Assembly: GCA_042576125.1 (NCBI GenBank)
Contig: JBHPCH010000003.1
Location: 1 to 49,527, forward strand
Direction: 5' to 3'
Length of the DNA: 49,527 bases
Origin: Thermodesulfobacteriota bacterium
GTDB lineage: Bacteria; Desulfobacterota; Desulfobulbia; Desulfobulbales; BM004
Part shown: positions 10,421-19,498 of the stretch, in pieces
Layout: every line of letters starts with the position of its first letter
How positions within the stretch are numbered: the first letter of the stretch is position 1
The notes under the pieces: model-generated
What the model saw: the letters and a program-made list of their open reading frames with translations, nothing else
Databases searched by the model: none
What the model was told of the DNA's origin: nothing
Translations under genes and position numbers: made by a program

Positions 10421-10733
10421 AATTTCCGGTATATCGTGATATTCCTACATTAAAACATACTTGCCATTGTCTGTAGTGATCTGAACACTCAGGCCACTTA
10501 ATGTTTCTATATGTTAGCTTGAATTTCAAAAGTAAAGATTACTTGCCAACATATTCAGTTTTAATTCACTCGAACAGATTGAAGATGGACAGTGGACATC
10601 TTAACCCTGCCTCAAAGTGTTGCCAACAAAATTCAATTAGCGCATTTATTGCAACTTTAGGTATGCGTGAGCCACGCAGTGTCTCCCGCATACCGGATTG
10701 CCATTAAAAAAATTATACCCAACACAAACTTTG

Positions 10734-10773
10734 GTTGACAATTGTAAACTTTTTTAGTTGACAACCGTCAACT
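10734..10773 (+). promoter_or_regulatory. Tandem palindromic operators overlapping TTGACA boxes
   Basis: GTTGAC-AATT-GTAAAC (10734-49) and AGTTGAC-AACC-GTCAACT (10756-73) upstream of the HTH gene. Confidence 0.6.
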
Positions 10774-10821
10774 GATTGTTTATGAAAAAATAAATTGAAT
10801 TTCTGTGTGAGGTTTAAAGAT

Positions 10822-11304
10822 ATGGAGAAAAATTTTCCATTTATAAAAATCCCAAAGCGTTTTCAAGAAATTATAGGAAAGCCCATTCCAAACACAAGAT
10901 TATATCGGGCAGTTGGAACTAGAGAAGATATGATTGAATGGGTTTCAGCGGTGAATAATATTTGCGGGGATGAGGGGCATATTTCACCAGGTGGGATTGC
11001 TGCTATGGTAGGTGTTTCACGTGCAGCAGTACACAAACGTATGAAGACTGGAGGGTTAACGGCATTTAATTTTTATTTGGTAAAAGAAGTAAAAATTTTA
11101 TTTAAATTTAAAACTCTTGATGAGTGGTGCCCAAGACCTAGCATCTGTGTAATACCCACAAGTGAAAGTATTGCATGGAGATCTGAACTTATAAAAAGAC
11201 GAAAAGTAAAAAATATTCAAGAAGAAGATAATGTAACTGAAAAAGATTGGGACGATGATTTTTTGAATGTCCCAAAGGATTGGAGGAAAACATTTAACCC
11301 ATAA
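10822..11304 (+). CDS. HTH DNA-binding protein (putative element regulator)
   Basis: SPGGIAAMVGVSRAAVHKRMKTG helix-turn-helix; GAGG upstream of ATG 10822. Confidence 0.65.
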   Translation: MEKNFPFIKIPKRFQEIIGKPIPNTRLYRAVGTREDMIEWVSAVNNICGDEGHISPGGIAAMVGVSRAAVHKRMKTGGLTAFNFYLVKEVKILFKFKTLDEWCPRPSICVIPTSESIAWRSELIKRRKVKNIQEEDNVTEKDWDDDFLNVPKDWRKTFNP

Positions 11305-11396
11305 ATAGAAGCGGCCCCTCTCTGTCTGGATCAACTTTGGCGGTAGACCAGAAGGAGGGGCCAATCCCATAAACCCTTCGCAGGAGTAAACAGGAC

Positions 11397-12599
11397 ATGA
11401 AGAAGATAAAACCTTCCAACAAGTCTGTCAATCATTCAACCTCAACCGAAGACTCCCCTCCCCCATCAAGTATAACATGGGGGGGTGAAATCTTATCTCC
11501 ACCTATTCGAAGCCACCCGAACATAGATACTTTGCATTTTGGTCTGTTCGTGTCGTGGTCTAGTGATAGGCTATTATTACAGCTTGAAACTTTAAAAGAT
11601 CAGGCGAGAGAAAACGATTTCAATCCAGTTCCATTACAAATTCCTGGAACAAATATGGAATTTGTCGTTTCTCCCTATGGGAAAAAAGGTGGTTATGCTT
11701 TTTCAATAATATCTGCTGATGTTGTTTTATTTTTTTCTCGCCATGATCCAGGCGGTAACACTCCAAATGTTTTTGTAGAAATTGGCTCGGTTTCTTGTTG
11801 GTCGTCTGGTATTAATTCTGTCGTAAAAAACATATACCGGCTTATTGAATTTTTTGGTGGTCGTGTAATTAAGGAAAATCTGAACCGAATAGATATGGCT
11901 GTAGATTTTGTCGGCCTTGATATTAAGACTTTGCCCCTGGACGATGTTCATCTTTGGATTAAAAAAGCGCAAAAAACCAATATCTATTTTGAAGGCCTTG
12001 AATTTTCCGGTGTTGTTTTTGGTTCTGGTGGTGATCTTTCACTCCGCACATATGACAAAACAAGAGAGATAAGCACTAATCCTGTCAAACAGGCCATTTT
12101 TGCAGAAGTATGGGGTTTGAGTTCCTATGATGAACAACCAACCACTAGAGTTGAATTTCAACTGCGTAAAGAGATTTTAAAAGATTTTAAAATAAAGACA
12201 TTCAATCAACTGAAAGGCAAAATGGCTTCATTGTGGCGGTATTGCACTGAAGAATGGAGTCGTCTTGCTTCTGCCCCTGTCGATCGTAACAACACTGAAA
12301 AATCAAGCCTTCATCCCTGGTGGGAAATTGTCCAAGCCATTAAATGGCCAGGTGTCCGATATATAAAACGAAGCAAAGAGATTGCCAGAAAAGCACTTGA
12401 TGGACTAGTCAAACAAGCTGCCGGCCTAGCTCTTTCTGCCGGTGCAATCCTTTTTCGCCAATCTGATGACATAGACGGCATTATTTATGCTTTCCAGGGA
12501 ATGCTTGAAGGGGAACTTCGAAAACAGTTCGTGTCTGATAATGCAAAATTTGTATCTAAATATTTAAGCCGTCGAGCAGAATGTTGGTGTTCTGTCTAA
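11397..12599 (+). CDS. Rep_trans-family rolling-circle replication initiator/relaxase
   Basis: IDTLHFG, LNRIDMAVDF, VFGSG..LRTYDKTRE, RVEFQLR motifs. Confidence 0.85.
   Translation: MKKIKPSNKSVNHSTSTEDSPPPSSITWGGEILSPPIRSHPNIDTLHFGLFVSWSSDRLLLQLETLKDQARENDFNPVPLQIPGTNMEFVVSPYGKKGGYAFSIISADVVLFFSRHDPGGNTPNVFVEIGSVSCWSSGINSVVKNIYRLIEFFGGRVIKENLNRIDMAVDFVGLDIKTLPLDDVHLWIKKAQKTNIYFEGLEFSGVVFGSGGDLSLRTYDKTREISTNPVKQAIFAEVWGLSSYDEQPTTRVEFQLRKEILKDFKIKTFNQLKGKMASLWRYCTEEWSRLASAPVDRNNTEKSSLHPWWEIVQAIKWPGVRYIKRSKEIARKALDGLVKQAAGLALSAGAILFRQSDDIDGIIYAFQGMLEGELRKQFVSDNAKFVSKYLSRRAECWCSV
11460..11486 (+). other. Candidate double-strand origin / nick hairpin inside the 5' end of rep
   Basis: CCCCCAT-CAAGTATAAC-ATGGGGG(GGT); resembles the C-run/TAACA/G-run nick hairpins of Rep_trans/MOBT elements (ICEBs1, Tn916). 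Confidence 0.6.
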
Positions 12600-12619
12600 T
12601 TTTTAAAAGGAGGTTAGTT

Positions 12620-12904
12620 ATGTATTACGTATGGTGTCCAGAATGCAATTTAACCGCTCGTTGCTCTAAAGATGAGACTGGAGATTACTACGAATATTAC
12701 GATTATTGCTGCAAGTGTGATGCGCAATTTGTTGGTTGGGAAGTAATTCAATTGTTTTTTCCAGAATTGCCAAAGCACCCTTTAATAAACCAAAAGTATA
12801 TGTTTACTGAAATTAATACTTCTTTCACTCCCTTAATCAGCTTGTTCTTCCAACATGGTTTAGACATTGTTGGTAGCAGTCAATGGGAACAACTTATTTC
12901 TTAA
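12620..12904 (+). CDS. Small Cys-rich (Zn-ribbon-like) hypothetical protein
   Basis: AGGAGG RBS; CPEC...CCKC. Confidence 0.65.
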   Translation: MYYVWCPECNLTARCSKDETGDYYEYYDYCCKCDAQFVGWEVIQLFFPELPKHPLINQKYMFTEINTSFTPLISLFFQHGLDIVGSSQWEQLIS

Positions 12905-12908
12905 GAAG

Positions 12909-13115
12909 ATGAATACAGGCACCATTAATCAAGATCAGCTGAAAGAGTTGACCGGCTATGAAAAACCTGCCGAAATTGCTTCCTGTCTATCACGGCAAGG
13001 CATTCCCTACTTTATCGGCAAAAGAGGCAGAGTTTGGACAACTCTTGATGCAGTTAATGTTGCTATTGGTGCAAGAAATAACGAGGATGGTCAACAAGAT
13101 ACTATAGAGGTTTAA
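12909..13115 (+). CDS. DUF4224 excisionase-like protein
   Basis: QLKELTGY....IASCL.RQGIPY..GKRGRVWTT pattern; immediately upstream of integrase. Confidence 0.8.
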   Translation: MNTGTINQDQLKELTGYEKPAEIASCLSRQGIPYFIGKRGRVWTTLDAVNVAIGARNNEDGQQDTIEV

Positions 13116-13116
13116 T

Positions 13117-14232
13117 ATGTCTCCTAAGAAGCGTACAAAGAATGTCAACTGGCCTGAATATGTTACAGAATCAAATGGTAGAATAGTTTACCGGCCAAGG
13201 ATTCCTAAAAAATTACAGTCAAAAATTGATACTGATAAATATGGATACTTAAGGCCACCTGTGAGGCTCGGCAAGATTGGTGATCCAACAGATCAAGTTA
13301 TTAGAGCTTATCTTGCTGCAAAGTCTGTTCTTGATTTTAAGAAAGAGCCTGACAAAAATACTTTGTCCTATCTATCAACTGAATATCAATCATCAAAGCG
13401 TCTTCTTAAATTAGCTCCAACAACACAGCGTAAATATGGGCAACTCCTGGAACAAATTTTGAATCATCCGATTAAGATTAATAAAGATCCTGCCATTTTA
13501 GGAGATTTAAAACCAGATCAACTGACAAAACCGATGCTTCGAAAAATAGTCGACAATAGACTTGATATGTATCGTGAGACAGGAAAGAAAGGTGAAGTCC
13601 AGGTCAATCGTCAATTTGCTGTTTTATCCTCAATGCTGACCTGGGCAATTCAGTATGTTGAGGATTTGAATATTATACATAATCCATGTTTTGGAATTGA
13701 AAGGATTAAAGAACATGCCAAGAGTCGTTATGTCACCGACGAGGAATATCAAACTCAATATAAGATAGCTGCCCAGGTCGCTGACTATTTACCGGTATTC
13801 TTTGAGCATGCTTATTTGTTAGCATCCAGAGGTATTGAAGTACGTTCCTTAAAGCTGTCTGACATTACGGAAGATGGATACAAGGTGCATCGTCGTAAAG
13901 GCTCAAAAGACAATATTATCAACTGGTCTCCCCGTCTTCATGCTGCGCATCATGAAGCTTTAAAATTAAAATCTAAGAGAAAAATGGGAAGCATATACCT
14001 TATCCCTTCAACCACTGGTCGGATGCTCACACAAAATACTCTTCAGGCTGCAATGCAGCGATTAAAAAAGAAAATGAAAGAAAAGGGATTAGAAAAGATT
14101 TACTGGACAGTACATGACCTGAAACGCAAAGGAATTTCAGATGCTAAAGACAAAGGAATTGGAGGACATAAATCGGAAGCCATGAAAGCAAGGTATGCTA
14201 CCAAGATTGAAAGTTTTGAACCTCCAGAGTAG
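13117..14232 (+). CDS. Tyrosine recombinase/integrase
   Basis: ASRGIEV (R), RRKGSK (K), HDLKRKG, GGHKS, ARY catalytic pattern; lies within att repeats. Confidence 0.92.
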   Translation: MSPKKRTKNVNWPEYVTESNGRIVYRPRIPKKLQSKIDTDKYGYLRPPVRLGKIGDPTDQVIRAYLAAKSVLDFKKEPDKNTLSYLSTEYQSSKRLLKLAPTTQRKYGQLLEQILNHPIKINKDPAILGDLKPDQLTKPMLRKIVDNRLDMYRETGKKGEVQVNRQFAVLSSMLTWAIQYVEDLNIIHNPCFGIERIKEHAKSRYVTDEEYQTQYKIAAQVADYLPVFFEHAYLLASRGIEVRSLKLSDITEDGYKVHRRKGSKDNIINWSPRLHAAHHEALKLKSKRKMGSIYLIPSTTGRMLTQNTLQAAMQRLKKKMKEKGLEKIYWTVHDLKRKGISDAKDKGIGGHKSEAMKARYATKIESFEPPE

Positions 14233-14360
14233 TAATATTGTTTATCTAAGCAATTGTAATTTTACTTTTTAAATTACTATATTTTTATATATTTATAAGT
14301 ATGATGCATTACATACATAAATAATTTATTAAAAAAAACATCATTTAGCCAAGGATAATT

Positions 14361-15386
14361 ATGAAATCCAAACTTCAAGTATTTATTTCTTCCACATACT
14401 TAGACTTGAAAGAAGAACGGCAAGCTGCTGTAGAAGCTATTCTAAAATCTGGACACTTACCTGCAGGTATGGAGCTTTTTACCGCAGGAGATAAAAGCCA
14501 ATGGGAGATAATACAACGTTGGATTAATGAGTCTGACATTTACCTATTGATACTCGGTGGTCGATATGGAGCCATCGAACCAAAATCAGGAACAAGTTAC
14601 ACTGAATTAGAATATGATTTTGCAGTTTCACTGAAGAAACCATATTTTGCTGTAGTTATATCTGACGAAGCATTAGAAATAAAGGTCAAGAATCTAGGAA
14701 CTGCTGCTTTGGAAAAGGAAAACCCGACTAAATTAAAAGAATTTAGGGAAAATGTTTTAAGCAAAATTTCAACATTTTTCAGTGATACGAAAGACGTAAA
14801 ATTGGCTGTATTAGAGTCAATTCCCAAGCTAGAATCTGAATATGAACTTAAAGGTTGGGTAAGAGCAGAGACAATTCCTGATACCAAAGCTTTGGCTGAT
14901 GAAATCGCTAAACTGCATACTGAGAATATAGAACTTCGAGATACAGTTTCAAAACTCAATGAAAAACTTGATAAAACAAAGAAAAAAAGACCATCGTCTG
15001 ATAAAGAATTTGAAGAAATATGGGAAATTTTAAAAAATAAACAAATTAGTATTACTGGAATAAAAAAAGATCTACCAAATGCTTCAGAATTACCTGAAAC
15101 AATAGACGCACTGAGTCTAGCTATTTCGTTTCGGGATATGCTTTTACGTGGTGTCACTAATAAAATAGATATCGGTGAGGTAGAGAGCTTTGCATTTTTT
15201 ACATTATGCCCAGTACTACAAGTCCACGATCTTGTATTAAATGAAAAAGTACCTAGCGTTAGATATCGTCGTTATGCAATAACAAAAAAGGGTGTGCAGT
15301 TTTTTGCATACTTGGATCGGAAAGAATTTAATGAGGGTAAAGATATAAAGGAGCCTACCCAAAATCAGACAAAGAAAAAAAGGTGA
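14361..15386 (+). CDS. DUF4062 domain protein with coiled coil
   Basis: QVFISSTYLDLKEERQAA, SDIYLLILGGRYG, SYTELEYDFA. Confidence 0.88.
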   Translation: MKSKLQVFISSTYLDLKEERQAAVEAILKSGHLPAGMELFTAGDKSQWEIIQRWINESDIYLLILGGRYGAIEPKSGTSYTELEYDFAVSLKKPYFAVVISDEALEIKVKNLGTAALEKENPTKLKEFRENVLSKISTFFSDTKDVKLAVLESIPKLESEYELKGWVRAETIPDTKALADEIAKLHTENIELRDTVSKLNEKLDKTKKKRPSSDKEFEEIWEILKNKQISITGIKKDLPNASELPETIDALSLAISFRDMLLRGVTNKIDIGEVESFAFFTLCPVLQVHDLVLNEKVPSVRYRRYAITKKGVQFFAYLDRKEFNEGKDIKEPTQNQTKKKR

Positions 15387-15455
15387 AATCAAAAAAATAA
15401 CGCGACTGAATTATTTATGTGCCTAAACTATTTAATTATGTGCCTAAAACAAACA

Positions 15456-15489
15456 AAAAAGGACCCAGCCAATCAAGCTGAATCCTTTT
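15456..15489 (-). terminator. Element-borne imperfect terminator after the intact tRNA
   Basis: AAAAGGACCCAGC-CAATCAA-GCTGAATCCTTTT, similar to 7751-7785. Confidence 0.55.
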
Positions 15490-15496
15490 CTATAAC

Positions 15497-15583
15497 TGGT
15501 GCCCGGGACGAGAATCGAACTCGTACACCCATACGGGCGAGGGATTTTAAGTCCCTTGCGTCTACCAGTTCCGCCACCCAGGC
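15497..15583 (-). tRNA. tRNA-Leu (TAA anticodon)
   Basis: GCCTGGGTGGCGGAACTGGTAGACGCAAGGGAC-TTAAAA-TCCC...GTTCGATTC...GGGCACCA; 87 nt, long variable arm, encoded CCA. Confidence 0.97.
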
Positions 15584-15886
15584 ACCGTGAGTTTTTCTGC
15601 GACTCTATATTATCATTTCTGAAAATGCAAACAAGATTATACTCAATTAATTCTTTTTTGAATTTGACATTTTTCATCAATTTCATTCGAAGAACAGTCA
15701 CGAATATACGTTAACGTATCGTTATCATTAGCAGTATAACTGCCTATACAACTAAATACACTTGACAAAGCAAATATTTATTTGTATCAGACTTAAATCT
15801 TAATATGCTGATATCAAAGTGATTTTGTGTTCAGCATTTGTGACGGGCAATGCCGTTTTATGTATCAATTTGGAGGTATTTTGATT

Positions 15887-16102
15887 ATGTCAGATCGTGA
15901 AACAGGAACAGTAAAATGGTTTAACAACAGCAAAGGCTTTGGATTTATCGAACGTGATCAGGGAGATGACGTTTTTGTACATTACTCATCAATCCGCGAC
16001 ACCGGAGGGTTCCGTACACTGACCGAAGGCCAGAAGGTTGAGTTCTCAGTTAGTGAAGGCGAGAAGGGTCTACAGGCTAACGATGTGACAGGAGTTGAAT
16101 AG
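15887..16102 (+). CDS. Cold-shock protein
   Basis: GTVKWFN..KGFGFI, DVFVHYS; GGAGG RBS before ATG 15887. Confidence 0.95.
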   Translation: MSDRETGTVKWFNNSKGFGFIERDQGDDVFVHYSSIRDTGGFRTLTEGQKVEFSVSEGEKGLQANDVTGVE

Positions 16103-16131
16103 GAACTACATATAAATGTCTACAATTACTG

Positions 16132-16163
16132 AAAACCCGCCGGCTTTTCCGGCGGGTTTTTTT
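16132..16163 (+). terminator. Intrinsic terminator of csp
   Basis: AAAACCCGCCGG-CTTTT-CCGGCGGG followed by T7. Confidence 0.88.
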
Positions 16164-16267
16164 ATGTAAAATTATCTCTGTTAAAAAAAAATGTAGCCAG
16201 TTCCTCTGGCTGTTTGTATCTTGCTTGTGCACTCATTAAAATGAATAATTACATATAATTTAATGAC

Positions 16268-17254
16268 ATGAAGAAAATCTTAACCGGCGTATTTATATTA
16301 TTTATAATTCTTATTTACGGCACTTCAGGTTACATGTTCATCGAAAAAATGAACCTTACTGATGCTATCTACATGACTGTCATCAGTATCACAACCGTCG
16401 GTTTCAGCGAAGTTAATCCCCTTAGTACTACCGGAAAATATTTTACTGTTGTGCTTGTCTTTGGGGGAGTTGGTTTCTTTCTGTATATGGTCAGTCTTAT
16501 TACCGAAACCATGATTGCTGGAGGCCTGCATACATTTTTAGGGAGAAAAAAAATGGAAAAGAAGTTGAATGCCTTGAAGAACCATTACATAGTGTGTGGT
16601 TTTGGGCGGATTGGCAAGGTAATCAGCAAAATTCTGCATGAAAACCACCGGCCCTTTTTAATTATTGAAAACAACCCGGAAGAAATAGCTGTAATAAATG
16701 AATTGGGATATCTTGTCCTTGATGGTGATTCAACCAATGATGATATGCTGAAAAAGGCCCATATCTTGGATGCCAGGGCCCTGATAGCCGTCACCAGTTC
16801 AGACGCCGACAATGTCTATGTTATCCTTTCAGCCAAAGGTCTTAAACCTGATATCTATATTCTTGCCAGATCAAGCGGCAAAAAAGGTGCCGAAACAAAA
16901 CTGTTGCGCGCCGGTGCCAACAAGGTTTTTTCTCCTTATGAAATAGGCGCAAGAAGAATGGCTCAATCACTGATGAGACCGACAGTAATTGACTTTATAG
17001 ATCTTACAGTCCACGAAGGCGAGCTTGGCCTCAGACTTGAAGAATTGCGGGTTTCAGATAAAGCTACATTTGTAAACAAGTCCCTGATGGATTCAGGTAT
17101 CCGGTCAGAGCATGACCTGATTGTCGTGGCCATCAAACGGCAGAAAGGCGAAATGCTGTTTAATCCTAACCAGAATACTGAAATCTTAACCGGTGATATT
17201 CTGATTGTTTTAGGAGAGCATTCAAATATCCAGGGCCTGGAGAAAAAACTATAA
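16268..17254 (+). CDS. Potassium channel protein with TrkA-N/TrkA-C domains
   Basis: TTVGFSE filter-like motif, HYIVCGFGRIG Rossmann motif. Confidence 0.92.
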   Translation: MKKILTGVFILFIILIYGTSGYMFIEKMNLTDAIYMTVISITTVGFSEVNPLSTTGKYFTVVLVFGGVGFFLYMVSLITETMIAGGLHTFLGRKKMEKKLNALKNHYIVCGFGRIGKVISKILHENHRPFLIIENNPEEIAVINELGYLVLDGDSTNDDMLKKAHILDARALIAVTSSDADNVYVILSAKGLKPDIYILARSSGKKGAETKLLRAGANKVFSPYEIGARRMAQSLMRPTVIDFIDLTVHEGELGLRLEELRVSDKATFVNKSLMDSGIRSEHDLIVVAIKRQKGEMLFNPNQNTEILTGDILIVLGEHSNIQGLEKKL

Positions 17255-17369
17255 AATGTTTTTCCCTGGTTTCACCCAAACAGGCAAACCTATCCTTAGA
17301 TTTTTTTCTGCTTAATACTGGAGGTTCCAGTACTCTTCTCAAATTAAAAAACACTATTCTCCGGGATCA

Positions 17370-18413
17370 ATGGAATACTGGCAAACCCTCCTCAAAGAAA
17401 GCATCACGCAACCGGATCAACTCCAACCGGTCTTTGACATACCCTCGGAGCCGCTACACAATGTGACGAAAAAATATCCCATGCGGGTAAACAGTTATTT
17501 TCTTGGTTTGATAAAGCAACCGGGGGATCCAATCTGGCGCCAGGCAGTACCGGATATGTTGGAACTCAATGATAATGCCTGCATGGAAGACCCCTTGAAT
17601 GAAGAAAATCTGAGTCCCCTGCCAAACCTGGTGCATAAATATCCGGATCGCGCTCTCTTTCTGGTCAACAACCAATGTGCTGTTTACTGCCGCTTCTGCA
17701 CCAGAAAACGCAAGGTAGGTACCAAAGAAATGCACGTCAGTCAGGAAACCATTGATGCAGGACTTGACTATATAGGAAAGACTTCTACCATCAGGGATGT
17801 TCTGGTCTCAGGGGGAGATCCCCTGCTTCTTGAGGACAGCAGACTTGAATATATTCTTTCAAGTCTCAGGTCCATAAAACATGTTGTTATAATCAGAATC
17901 GGCAGCCGCGCTCCTTGTACGCTGCCAATGCGTGTGACGGAAAAACTGACAGCAATGCTCAAGCGCTATCACCCGATATATATCAATACGCATTTCAACC
18001 ATCCTGCTGAAATCACCATGGAATCTTCCATGGCATGTAACCGGTTGGCTGACGCCGGCATCCCTCTCGGTAGCCAGACCGTCCTGCTGAAAGGAATCAA
18101 TGATGATCCGGAAATAATTAAACAACTGATGTATAAACTCTTGCAGATTCGTGTAAAACCTTACTATCTTTTCCAGACCGACATGACAAAGGGAACGAAT
18201 CACTTCCGTACTCCAATCGACCGGGGCCTTGAAATCATGAAATCAATGATCGGTCATATTTCCGGCATGGCTGTGCCTACCTTTGCCGTGGATGCTCCAG
18301 GTGGCGGCGGCAAGATTCCGCTTCTGCCAAATTACGTAAAACACTTGGGAAAACAGCTGGTCTTCCAGAATTACTGTGGCATGACCTGCACATATGAAAA
18401 TCCTGATAACTAA
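17370..18413 (+). CDS. KamA-family radical SAM protein (lysine 2,3-aminomutase-like)
   Basis: HKYPDR, CAVYCRFC, SGGDPL, THFNHP, DAPGGGGKIP. Confidence 0.92.
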   Translation: MEYWQTLLKESITQPDQLQPVFDIPSEPLHNVTKKYPMRVNSYFLGLIKQPGDPIWRQAVPDMLELNDNACMEDPLNEENLSPLPNLVHKYPDRALFLVNNQCAVYCRFCTRKRKVGTKEMHVSQETIDAGLDYIGKTSTIRDVLVSGGDPLLLEDSRLEYILSSLRSIKHVVIIRIGSRAPCTLPMRVTEKLTAMLKRYHPIYINTHFNHPAEITMESSMACNRLADAGIPLGSQTVLLKGINDDPEIIKQLMYKLLQIRVKPYYLFQTDMTKGTNHFRTPIDRGLEIMKSMIGHISGMAVPTFAVDAPGGGGKIPLLPNYVKHLGKQLVFQNYCGMTCTYENPDN

Positions 18414-18422
18414 AGTAATAAG

Positions 18423-19364
18423 GTGACGTACATGGAGAAAAAACTGTTAATTGCCGTAGATGCCTCAATATACAGTAGCAATACCCTTCATTACCTTGAA
18501 AGACTCTTTGCAAATCTTGATGATGTCCGTTTTCACTTAATCAGCGTGGTATCATGCAATCCCTCCGAAACTGCAAAGGAATGGTTTGATGAACTTGAAT
18601 TGATGAATATGCTGAGCAAGGAAGAACAAAAACGTTATGCAGCAGCTAAAAGATATCTCAAAAAGGCAGTGGCCCAGCTTGAACGCAACGGCATAGCTTC
18701 CGAATATGTTACAACTGAAGCGAAAATATCCACCACAAGCCCTGCAGCAGAGGTGCTGCAGGTTGCAAGAAAAGGATATTTTGATGCATTGATTATTGGT
18801 CGACGTGGAGTTTCCAAACTTGAGGAACTCATCATGGGAAGTGTATCCAGCAGCCTCCTTGAAAAATGTCATGATGTCCCCATCTGGATCGTGGACGGCC
18901 AGGTGGATTCAAGGAAATTTCTGGTTCCGGTTGACGGCTCTCACTTCACCCTCCAGGCACTTGATCATCTCTGCTTCATTCTGCAGGGTAATCCCTACGC
19001 CGAAATCACCCTTTTCCATTCCACTGCAATGTTTGCCCAGAAGCAGGATCTCAAAACGGGATATTGTAACCGGTTCCTGCAGAATGACTGGTGCGAGGAG
19101 CATAAGAATGATATAGACCTGCATTTTCTTGCACCTTTGCAGATGCTCAAAAACATCGGATTTCCTTCTGATCATGTACACCAGCTTAAAACGAAGAAAG
19201 GTATGTATGCCAGCCGCCAGATTGTACGCCAGGCCCTGATTGATGATTTTGGCACAATAGTTATGGGACGGCGCGACAAGGAAATGGTAAAAGGGGTTTT
19301 CGGCAGTGTTACTGAAAAAGTACTTGCCATGGGTGTTGACACCGCTATATGGATTGTCGGCTGA
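18423..19364 (+). CDS. Tandem-domain universal stress protein
   Basis: LLIAVDAS, IIGRRG....MGSVS, LVPVDGS, VMGRR...FGSVT; start may be ATG 18432. Confidence 0.9.
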   Translation: MTYMEKKLLIAVDASIYSSNTLHYLERLFANLDDVRFHLISVVSCNPSETAKEWFDELELMNMLSKEEQKRYAAAKRYLKKAVAQLERNGIASEYVTTEAKISTTSPAAEVLQVARKGYFDALIIGRRGVSKLEELIMGSVSSSLLEKCHDVPIWIVDGQVDSRKFLVPVDGSHFTLQALDHLCFILQGNPYAEITLFHSTAMFAQKQDLKTGYCNRFLQNDWCEEHKNDIDLHFLAPLQMLKNIGFPSDHVHQLKTKKGMYASRQIVRQALIDDFGTIVMGRRDKEMVKGVFGSVTEKVLAMGVDTAIWIVG

Positions 19365-19498
19365 TAGTCTCTTCTCATAATTTGAACGAAACAGCCCGGG
19401 CTACAGATAAACTACCGCTTGATTAGAGCCCGAAAAATACTTACTTTTATAACTCCCTGGTGATGTTATCAATCTATTCATCTTAAAGGTGGGTTTCA

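Larger units (their letters stand above)
7794..15553. mobile_element. Integrative rolling-circle element (satellite/IME-like) in tRNA-Leu
   Basis: 57-bp direct repeats, tyrosine integrase, DUF4224, Rep_trans initiator, visibly AT-rich cargo. Confidence 0.92.
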
